Source: an uncultured Pseudomonadota bacterium
GTDB taxonomy: Bacteria > Pseudomonadota > Gammaproteobacteria > Ga0077536
Direction: 5' to 3'
DNA length: 64,000 bases
NCBI GenBank assembly: GCA_913047675.1
Contig: CAJWTO010000003.1
Location: 6,670 to 70,669 of the forward strand
Part shown: one piece after another, positions 31,094 through 38,935 of the stretch
Layout of the letters: every line of letters starts with the position of its first letter
Numbering within the stretch: position 1 is the stretch's first letter
The notes under the pieces: generated by a model
Database searches by the model: none
What the model was told of the DNA's origin: nothing
What the model saw: the letters and a program-made list of their open reading frames with translations, nothing else
Position numbers and translations under genes: made by a program

Positions 31094-33231
31094 TATAGAT
31101 CTCGCCTCAAAGTGTCGAATATTTCTGAATGTCGCTCGATCCATGCTTTGATATCGAATTTGGTAATCGCCCGGACTCGCGCCTCCTCCCCCATGTTTTT
31201 GGCGTTCTCTGCAATCTTTAACATCCCATAACCAATATCCTCACAAGTGGGAACATGAATCTCATTCCAATCTTCAGGGACAGCTAAGCCTATCCCTGCT
31301 GAACTTCCGACCAACTCACGTATGCCACCGCTGTCTGAAAATAAAATCGGTAGCCCGCTCGACATTGCCTCGATCACCGTGTTCGGGCAAGGATCAAGAT
31401 ATTTGGTAATCACGTACGCATCAGCACCTCTATAAATATCAGCAGCATTTTCTTGTGAATACTGTCCAACAAGGTCCACATGATCTTCTAACCCACACCG
31501 TTCAATTAAGATCTGGGTTCCTTTCAAATCTTCCACCCATCCTGCAATAATAAGTTTTGCATCCAATCCAGACTTCCTGGCTCTAGCCAAACCTTCAATC
31601 GTACTGCCCAACCGATACCCGAGATGCCTCCCAATTTTCCCTGTCACAAGAAACCTAAAACTTTGGCTTGAACGACTTGCTGCAGGACAAAAATAGCTCG
31701 TGTCTACAGCGTTATACAGAACTTCTCCGGGACCTGATCGATTCCCTAAAAACTTATCTGCAGAACGGCGGCAAAATTCAGATTGCCAGAACACGTAAGA
31801 GGCTTGGTGATAGGCCTCAGCCATGATTTTGTTTTGCGCCTCCCAGTCATCACCGAACCAACCTGGGTAAAAAACTCCATTTTGATTAAGTACGATTGGA
31901 ATTTTGCGGGCTTTGAGTGCAGACAAAGCCAACTTTGGAAGGTATGGAGCATTCGACAAAGAATAGACAATTCCGAATCGCCAACGGTGTTCTGGAAAGA
32001 ATTGCCGCAAACGCTTCACCTTCACTAGAGGCCCACCAAGATTTCCCGCTCTCGCTCCGCCATAAAAAACAGCGTGAGTAACTCGCCTAGGCAATGTCAA
32101 ACCTATCAAGACAAAAGAACAGCAAATTACTCTATATACGTGACGAATCAGTTTTTTTTGCCATGGATCAAGCTGAGTAAAATCACTAGTTTCGCGAAAT
32201 TTGGCCGGAAAACGAGATCCATATCTCACGACTCTTTCTTTCATAAGACAGACAAAACGTTTCATCAAATGAGACTCTAAAAGACAAAGCTTAACTAACG
32301 TAATTCGTTTAGGTTTAGCCTCACTATTAGTGACATCAGTCATAAATCGTAAATAATTCTTCGCCACAAAACTCATATTCGAAACACTGATCCGATTTCT
32401 ATAGGACTCCATATCTTCGGCGACAGTCTTAATACAATCGATCACATCCTCTACACCGTCAAAGAGTAGGCCTCCAGAGCCAACAAGTTCGGGATGCCCT
32501 CCACTGTTAAGCGCAACAGAAGGAAGCCCCGAAGCCAAGGCCTCGCAAAGCGCATTGGAGCACGGGTCGCAGCGACTAGCCGCGAGAAAAATATCGTGCT
32601 CTTGCAACTTAATAGCAAGCGCCGATGATGGATGCGGTGGCAATTGCTCAATATTGCGAAATTTTACAGGGCTATTCCCCACAAAGGTCATCTTGTAACG
32701 AGAGAAGTCTAGATTTCGATCTAAGAAATCTAGAGTATCAAAACCTTTATTCCAATTTTTAGACCAACTTACCGAAATAATTCGTATACGTTTGTCAATC
32801 GACTGATTGGGACCAGCTCGAAAGATGCTATTTGGAGCATTCAGGACCACTGCCGACAAAAGAGGTGGGGGCATGCCTAAACTTAAATTTGCTCGACGGC
32901 TGTACTCACTTTGAAATAGAACTCCGTCAGCGACCACCTTGCTGAACTCATGAATCAACTTGTCTAAATGTAGATCCTTTCCGCGATATCCGGAAATAGG
33001 ACCATCTATACGTTGCACGAAAGGTTTAAATGGTAGTCTCAATTTCCACCACATAACCCTTCGTGGTTCATTGAAACTATCAAAAAGTATCACATCGGCA
33101 TCGGTTGGAGAGTCAGTCCAATTACCATGCGCCTGCATCTCTTCACGAAGTGCTTTTAAAAACTGATTAGCTCCGCCCCACGGTCCCTCACGAAAACTAT
33201 ATAAAATATGTATTCGGATTTTACTCATCAA
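31093..33231 (-). CDS. Tandem two-module GT-B (GT4-like) glycosyltransferase
   Basis: 712 aa with two separate GT1/GT4 C-terminal signatures: CDPCSNALCEALASGLPSVALNSGGHPELV (first half) and LDPCPNTVIEAMSSGLPILFSDSGGIRELV (second half). Confidence 0.75.
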   Translation of the reverse strand: MMSKIRIHILYSFREGPWGGANQFLKALREEMQAHGNWTDSPTDADVILFDSFNEPRRVMWWKLRLPFKPFVQRIDGPISGYRGKDLHLDKLIHEFSKVVADGVLFQSEYSRRANLSLGMPPPLLSAVVLNAPNSIFRAGPNQSIDKRIRIISVSWSKNWNKGFDTLDFLDRNLDFSRYKMTFVGNSPVKFRNIEQLPPHPSSALAIKLQEHDIFLAASRCDPCSNALCEALASGLPSVALNSGGHPELVGSGGLLFDGVEDVIDCIKTVAEDMESYRNRISVSNMSFVAKNYLRFMTDVTNSEAKPKRITLVKLCLLESHLMKRFVCLMKERVVRYGSRFPAKFRETSDFTQLDPWQKKLIRHVYRVICCSFVLIGLTLPRRVTHAVFYGGARAGNLGGPLVKVKRLRQFFPEHRWRFGIVYSLSNAPYLPKLALSALKARKIPIVLNQNGVFYPGWFGDDWEAQNKIMAEAYHQASYVFWQSEFCRRSADKFLGNRSGPGEVLYNAVDTSYFCPAASRSSQSFRFLVTGKIGRHLGYRLGSTIEGLARARKSGLDAKLIIAGWVEDLKGTQILIERCGLEDHVDLVGQYSQENAADIYRGADAYVITKYLDPCPNTVIEAMSSGLPILFSDSGGIRELVGSSAGIGLAVPEDWNEIHVPTCEDIGYGMLKIAENAKNMGEEARVRAITKFDIKAWIERHSEIFDTLRRDL

Positions 33232-34132
33232 AAACCCAATTAATCAAACGTTCAGCCCATAATGACCGATCATATTCTTCTCTAACTTTCGTACAATCAA
33301 AAGTTTTAAATCGTAAAGCCTCTAGAGCCGCCTGAGGCGCGTCATCAAAATCCTCCAAAAAAGACATACCGGAATAATCTTTGGCAAGCAACTCGTATGA
33401 GGGCAGACGATTGCTAATAACAGGTACCCCTAGTGCCGCATAGACTAACGCTTTAAAAGAGCTATTATTTATATCGTAAGTAGAGTCCAGTTTCCGTGGC
33501 AAAAAAGCCACATCAACTTCAATTAATGCCGATGGAAAAGTTGCGTACATCCATGGGACAAAGCGATAGCGAAAAGGCAGCCGAGGTGGTTTTTCACTTA
33601 TGATCACCATGCGATCATCGAGGAATTCAGAATAACGACCAAGAAAACTCGCCTTCACCGAGACTCCTGACCAACTAAAAACTGGAGCATCAAGATTCAC
33701 ATCTTTTTTGTGCCCACGAAAATGAAGTAAATCTAACGGATCAGGCATAACGAAAACATTCTCACAAAACTGCTTGGCACTATTAGCAATCCCCTCCGTG
33801 GGAACACAAATACCATCGACAATACTCGCAATACCCCTTGAGGCATGCACCTGAAGAGGCGTCGAAGCCTTATGGGTTTCAAAATAATCTACACAAGTAT
33901 CCCAGTAGACACGTTTTGAAATAACCCGTAAGAATTTTATGAAACGCAAAGAATTATGTAGCATTCCGCGATGATAGATTGCAACGTCATATCTGCGAAA
34001 CGGATTATTAACAGAAACATCAACGCCAAGAGCTTTAAAACATGGGATTAGCTGCAAAGCCCTTATCCAAATGGCTGACTGCACTCGATCATAACTTCTG
34101 AACGGCGTAGGAATAAAAATTCCCAAACGCAT
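33221..34132 (-). CDS. Putative glycosyltransferase (GT-B-like, weak signal)
   Basis: 303 aa. The only recognisable element is a GT-B-like C-terminal stretch (FKALVYAALGVPVISNRLPSYELL). AAGAGG lies 9 nt upstream of the ATG. Confidence 0.4.
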   Translation of the reverse strand: MRLGIFIPTPFRSYDRVQSAIWIRALQLIPCFKALGVDVSVNNPFRRYDVAIYHRGMLHNSLRFIKFLRVISKRVYWDTCVDYFETHKASTPLQVHASRGIASIVDGICVPTEGIANSAKQFCENVFVMPDPLDLLHFRGHKKDVNLDAPVFSWSGVSVKASFLGRYSEFLDDRMVIISEKPPRLPFRYRFVPWMYATFPSALIEVDVAFLPRKLDSTYDINNSSFKALVYAALGVPVISNRLPSYELLAKDYSGMSFLEDFDDAPQAALEALRFKTFDCTKVREEYDRSLWAERLINWVFDE

Positions 34133-34452
34133 TAGTTAAAGCCTCTTTAATGATTTCATAATCTTACCTCCACGATATGACATGCCATCCCGAAGTGACC
34201 TCTTGATATTAGAAAATTAAACTTTTTCGAGAGACACATATATGGTTACCTTTTGTACTTAAATACTTTTTCTCTAAAACTCTGGCCACATGAAAGCTTT
34301 AAGATTAGATTGACTAAATTTTTAGCTTCCGTCAGCACTCCTATTAGTAATTAGTATTTTGACATCCATTAAATATTATCAATTTATAACTTCTGAAACG
34401 GCACGAGCTGCCGCTCATCAGCCTTGACAGCCAGTTGACTTTACTCTCCAAG

Positions 34453-34465
34453 CACGCTTGCCGCT
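34453..34465 (-). promoter_or_regulatory. Degenerate ops-like motif (AGCGGCAAGCGTG) inside the 654-bp intra-locus spacer
   Basis: The minus strand reads TTAGCGGCAAGCGTGC, against TGGCGGTAGCGTAC at the main ops site: same orientation, 2 substitutions plus a 1-nt insertion. It is followed about 30 nt downstream by an imperfect hairpin (34393-34421). Confidence 0.3.
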
Positions 34466-34786
34466 AACTTAACCCGCAAATAACTCGGTTCTTAGCAATC
34501 CTGTGAAATCGATGAGGCGATCTTCCGATTTAAAACTCTTACCTAATCACTGTCCACATTCCCTATGTCGATAAATTTCTTCTCAGTCAATTCGAAAAGC
34601 GCTCAAGAAAAGGGAGGCGAGTACTCTACGTTATGACAACTGGGTCAATATCAAAATACCTTAGTTTTATCATCCCGACCCGTCATACCTACTTTAATCA
34701 ATACTATCTAGATTCGATAACTAAACATTATTTATAAACGGAATTACGTCACCCCTATTCGCCCAAAGGAGATAAATCCATATGCA

Positions 34787-35743
34787 TCAATCCCAAGAGA
34801 ACGTCTCCACTGAATCAGTTAAAAGAGATTTTTTGTTATAAACGGTTAGCTTCACATTATTAAGTTGCATATATAGACCCCAGTCGCGAATAATTTCAAT
34901 TATTCCGTTGTTCACCGTGTTATGAGAATCTGAAGTATGTAATCCCCTAACTGTAACGTCCGAATGTATCTCACGATTTTCTTCTTTAGACCAGTTCAGT
35001 GTTTTGTCCTCAGGAACCCAAAAATATCTGTTGTCATATAAATCCACGCCAATTAAGACGATTTCTTTGTAACCCATCGCATAAGCGCAACTAATCGCCA
35101 TACATAGCGTGCCAGCACGCTGAACAAGACCAACATCAAGGTCCTTGTGTGGTCTCTTTCCAAATCTATCCGTGAAAAAACTATAAATTGATTTTTTCTG
35201 ATTCCACAATCGGTGGCCAACAATACTATTGGTATAACTTGAGGTTAACCCAAAAGGAAACAAGAATAACGTATCTTCTAGACATCGATTATCGTCTATC
35301 AAAGATATCGAGTAATCGGCATAAGGTCGCCATTTAAAAATTCCATCAACCGTCTCATATGCCGCTCTTATCAACAAGTAAGTGAAATTTATTTTTTTCA
35401 AGTGAAATGAGCCATTAAAGCCAAAAGAATCATGTCTTCTAATTTTCACCCATTCGGCTTCCGTTAGTTCATTCAGCGAACTTCCGGATCCAAAAATAAA
35501 TATACGATTCCCTGTTTTTCTTTGCTGTAGAGATTTCTTAGACACAAACTTATAACGTCGCTTATTAACCATATATAAGGCGAAAGATGCGAACGAAATA
35601 CGCAAAAGTCTCAACACAACGCTCACTGGCGTATTGAAAAACCACCAGATAACCAACTTAGCTGAGCCAAAAAAATTTAATATGAATCCCGCGCAAAAAT
35701 ATGCCAAATTAAATATAAAGCTCATTACTGGCACTTTTCCCAA
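34787..35743 (-). CDS. Membrane-anchored GT42/DUF115-like (Cst-II-like) putative nonulosonic-acid transferase
   Basis: 318 aa with N-terminal TM helices. IFIFGSGSSLNEL and RAGTLCMAISCAYAMGYKEIVLIGVDLYDNRYFW resemble, from my recollection, Cst-II AGNGPSL and ITSGVYMCAVAIALGYKEIYLSGIDFYQNGSSYAF. A His-containing segment (GLHTSDSHNT) follows. It overlaps the NeuB-like gene by 19 nt. Confidence 0.5.
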   Translation of the reverse strand: MGKVPVMSFIFNLAYFCAGFILNFFGSAKLVIWWFFNTPVSVVLRLLRISFASFALYMVNKRRYKFVSKKSLQQRKTGNRIFIFGSGSSLNELTEAEWVKIRRHDSFGFNGSFHLKKINFTYLLIRAAYETVDGIFKWRPYADYSISLIDDNRCLEDTLFLFPFGLTSSYTNSIVGHRLWNQKKSIYSFFTDRFGKRPHKDLDVGLVQRAGTLCMAISCAYAMGYKEIVLIGVDLYDNRYFWVPEDKTLNWSKEENREIHSDVTVRGLHTSDSHNTVNNGIIEIIRDWGLYMQLNNVKLTVYNKKSLLTDSVETFSWD

Positions 35744-36432
35744 TCGACTCTAAAAGCATTTATCATATTGAGCTCATCTGGCGTCATGCTACATGCATGG
35801 TCTGGGCCTGATGCTGATTTATCCAATGTTAAATGCTTCTCTAATACTCGTGATCCAAGCACGAATGAGGCACAAGCTGCGGTAATGCCTTGAGAATGAT
35901 CACTAAATCCGGCATAACGATTAAAATCCACCTCGAAAAGGCCAAGCTCGGAAAGCGGTGTAGGGTATTTTGAAACACAGTAGAGATAGTCGACTAATGC
36001 ATTATCGCTAATTTTTGGGAACTCATTATCGGTCCACATACCTAACGAAACAACAATAGGTTTTCCTGTAGCAACCACTTCTCTGATGAGATTTTTATCA
36101 GCTACAGATCGTGATGCAATTTTGTACCTTTTTACGTCAACATCCTCCAACCAATCAATACGCTCAATATCAAAGACTGACGCCATAAACTCAATTCCAA
36201 CTTTGTAACAATATTCAGCAAGACGGTAGACATCGTCTTTCGCTAGCTCCGTTAAACAGTTATATTCAAACCAGGGATTTTTTGATTTCGGTGGAAACAA
36301 TGCCTTAGCATCGTATAGTTGAAACTTAGCCACATCCGCACCTGAGTCCTTCGCTATCTTAATTAGTTGTTCCGCAACTCGCATGTCACCATTATGATTT
36401 TGGCCTATCTCTGCAATAATCTCAGTTTTCAT
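35725..36432 (-). CDS. NeuB-domain (sialic/nonulosonic acid synthase-like) protein lacking the C-terminal SAF domain
   Basis: 235 aa with AEIGQNHNGD, KFQLY, YKIASRS, GFSDHSQG and LEKHLTLDKSASGPDHACSMTPDEL motifs. The ORF ends about 20 aa after the GPDH motif, so there is no room for a SAF domain. Confidence 0.75.
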   Translation of the reverse strand: MKTEIIAEIGQNHNGDMRVAEQLIKIAKDSGADVAKFQLYDAKALFPPKSKNPWFEYNCLTELAKDDVYRLAEYCYKVGIEFMASVFDIERIDWLEDVDVKRYKIASRSVADKNLIREVVATGKPIVVSLGMWTDNEFPKISDNALVDYLYCVSKYPTPLSELGLFEVDFNRYAGFSDHSQGITAACASFVLGSRVLEKHLTLDKSASGPDHACSMTPDELNMINAFRVDWEKCQ

Positions 36433-38257
36433 TTTCTTTCATCCATAAATGCAACATAACAAAGCTGAATAATACATGTCCTGCTAGCTTAGCCGGGTCA
36501 TAGAGAATATTACGGGCATGCTTGTAAGCATGTGGACTAAGCAAACCCAATCTAGCTAATGGAGATACATCCGAGAATGTCTCGTCAAACAAATCGCTCC
36601 ACTCCCTCTTTAGCCAATGGTCGATCGGAACATTAAAACCATGTTTAGCGCGCGATACAAGATCGGAAGGTAATTTTGTAGAAAATGCCTTACGCAGTAC
36701 CCACTTTAATTGTCCATTTCGAATAAGCTGTTCCCATGGAAGCTGCGCCGCGAATTTTTGAACCGAGGGAGCTGCAAATGGAGCTCGGCCCTCTATAGAG
36801 AAGGCCATTGTCATTCGGTCTACTTTTGACAGCATTTCGTTTGGGAAATAGAACCTTCGGTCATTTCGAAGATAATCCAATGGCTCTTCGAATCTGTGTC
36901 CATCAAATAAACGAAGGGAGCTTCTAGACTCAATATCACGATGAAATAGTACTTTTTTTTCCTCCTCGCTCGCGTAATAGTGCCAGGCCCAAGCTCGCAA
37001 TTGATGTTTATATCCAGCCATTCTTCTTAATCTTTCGGAATCACTCTCATTTCCGTCCAGGTATCGCGAGATAACTCCTTTAGCAGATTGATTTGAAAAG
37101 CTGTCCGGGATCTTCGAATACCAAGAATAGCCGCCAAAGGCCTCATCAGCTCCATCTCCAGAAAGGAGGACCTTAACTCCTGCACTTTGGGCAACTCGGG
37201 CAATTGCAAGCACTCCTAACCCAGATGAAACCGCATAGGGTTGTCCAGCAGCCATTAGAAATCGAGGTAAAAGCTCACGAAAATGATTTGCTGTGACTCG
37301 AATGGTGGTGTGTCGAGTACCCAACTGGTTTGCGTACCTCTCAGCTAATACCGACTCATCCGAATAACCGTGATAAGGATCTGGTACGTCTTCGAAACCG
37401 ATACAGAAAGTGCGCAATTCCTTCAACTTTTCACTAGCTAGCTTACATACGATTGAGCTATCGAGTCCCCCACTCAGGAAGGCCCCTACAGGGACATCCG
37501 ATAGAAGGCGACTCTGGACCGCCTGACTTACTATCTCTCTTACAGAGGAAACCGCTTCATCATCAGATTTAAATGCAAAATTCGGTGTGGAAATATTGCT
37601 CTTAAATTCAAAAGCAACCTTCCCTTTACTTGATATCTCCAGACCCTCCCCTGGCATGATCGCGCGTATACTTTTATAAATAGTTGCTGGTTCTGGTACC
37701 CACAAGAAGCTCGGATAATCCCACAATGATTGGGTATCAATCTCACGCGATACCAATCCGCTAGCAAGCAAGCTAGGAATTTCTGATGAAAAAGCGATTC
37801 CTCCGTTCGATAGTTCACTAATATAGAGTGGCTTTTCACCTGGAAAATCACGAGCTAGTAAAAGAGTTTCCCTCTGTTTATCCCATAGTGCCACTGCGAA
37901 CATGCCATCGAGTCGTGCGAAAACACCACGGCCATATTTACGATAAAGGTGGCAAATAACTTCTCCGTCGCTATTGGTACGGAAGCGAACCCCATCTTTC
38001 TCTAACTCATCCCTGATCGAAGGTGAGTTGTAAATCTCACCGTTATAGAAAAGTACGACTTGACCGCTTTCATCATAGAGGGGTTGATCGCCCCCCTCGC
38101 AATCCAGAATACTTAATCGACGCATTCCTGCTTTATAGACATCACTGTCCCAATAACCTTCAGAATCAGGACCGCGGTGAATGAGTCGCGATACCATCTT
38201 TCCAACGACCCTATGCTCAGTCCCGTTTTTTGAGAAGATTCCTGCTATACCACACAT
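36422..38257 (-). CDS. Asparagine synthase (glutamine-hydrolysing) family amidotransferase, copy 2
   Basis: 611 aa with the Ntn nucleophile MCGIAG and the PP-loop FLSGGLDSS. Confidence 0.88.
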   Translation of the reverse strand: MCGIAGIFSKNGTEHRVVGKMVSRLIHRGPDSEGYWDSDVYKAGMRRLSILDCEGGDQPLYDESGQVVLFYNGEIYNSPSIRDELEKDGVRFRTNSDGEVICHLYRKYGRGVFARLDGMFAVALWDKQRETLLLARDFPGEKPLYISELSNGGIAFSSEIPSLLASGLVSREIDTQSLWDYPSFLWVPEPATIYKSIRAIMPGEGLEISSKGKVAFEFKSNISTPNFAFKSDDEAVSSVREIVSQAVQSRLLSDVPVGAFLSGGLDSSIVCKLASEKLKELRTFCIGFEDVPDPYHGYSDESVLAERYANQLGTRHTTIRVTANHFRELLPRFLMAAGQPYAVSSGLGVLAIARVAQSAGVKVLLSGDGADEAFGGYSWYSKIPDSFSNQSAKGVISRYLDGNESDSERLRRMAGYKHQLRAWAWHYYASEEEKKVLFHRDIESRSSLRLFDGHRFEEPLDYLRNDRRFYFPNEMLSKVDRMTMAFSIEGRAPFAAPSVQKFAAQLPWEQLIRNGQLKWVLRKAFSTKLPSDLVSRAKHGFNVPIDHWLKREWSDLFDETFSDVSPLARLGLLSPHAYKHARNILYDPAKLAGHVLFSFVMLHLWMKENEN

Positions 38258-38260
38258 GGC

Positions 38261-38935
38261 TTAAACATTTTGAAATTTCAAAAGATCTTTAATACCGAAG
38301 TGTCTGTTTCCCAACACCTTGACCTTAGCAACCACTTTTTGGTAATCCTCTAACGTATCTACAGTAAAAGCATCACTTTTCCTTTGCCATGACGTAGGAG
38401 GTAAAAACTGCTTTACCTGAAACCCAAGTTCAGTGCGATAAAAACGCAGGGTAAGGTGCTCCTTTTCCTCGTCTGTCATAAGTGGCCAAGCCGTTGCTAA
38501 AGTGTTCACAGAAAATACCTCGTAATCTATCCCAACAGGGAAAATACCTTTAGTGGTATACATATCAACATTTGATCCTGAATCCCATTGCGAGAGACAA
38601 TAGTCAAGACTTTGAGCGTCTACGAATGGGCAATCTCCTGTGATACGAACAATCCAACTCACACCAAGCTTACGAGCTACCGATAAGTAACGGCTGGCCA
38701 CGTCCATATAAGCGCCTCTGAAAACAGTTACTCCTGTTGTTGCTACTCGATCCGCGAGAATATCATCATCATTACGCTCACTAGTCGCAAAAACAACGGA
38801 GCCTCCCAGTTTGGTGTCACGAATACGATCAAGGAGGAATTCGATTAAGGGAACTCCCCCCAAATCTAAAAGCGCTTTTCCAGGCAGTCTAGTTGATCCC
38901 ATTCGAGCTGACACAACAGTAGCAATAGTACTCAT
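38261..38935 (-). CDS. SpsF/NeuA-family sugar-acid cytidylyltransferase
   Basis: 224 aa with the N-terminal nucleotide-binding loop VVSARMGSTRLPGKAL and RITGDCPFVD. Confidence 0.75.
   Translation of the reverse strand: MSTIATVVSARMGSTRLPGKALLDLGGVPLIEFLLDRIRDTKLGGSVVFATSERNDDDILADRVATTGVTVFRGAYMDVASRYLSVARKLGVSWIVRITGDCPFVDAQSLDYCLSQWDSGSNVDMYTTKGIFPVGIDYEVFSVNTLATAWPLMTDEEKEHLTLRFYRTELGFQVKQFLPPTSWQRKSDAFTVDTLEDYQKVVAKVKVLGNRHFGIKDLLKFQNV

Noticed and set aside
34393-34421. A CUGAUGAG box followed by a stem-loop (minus strand), reminiscent of the hammerhead ribozyme core.
   Set aside because: The obligatory GAAA element after stem II is absent (UUUCAG follows instead). No stem I/III or cleavage-site context can be drawn. 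The CUGA...UCAG ends simply pair to extend an ordinary imperfect hairpin.
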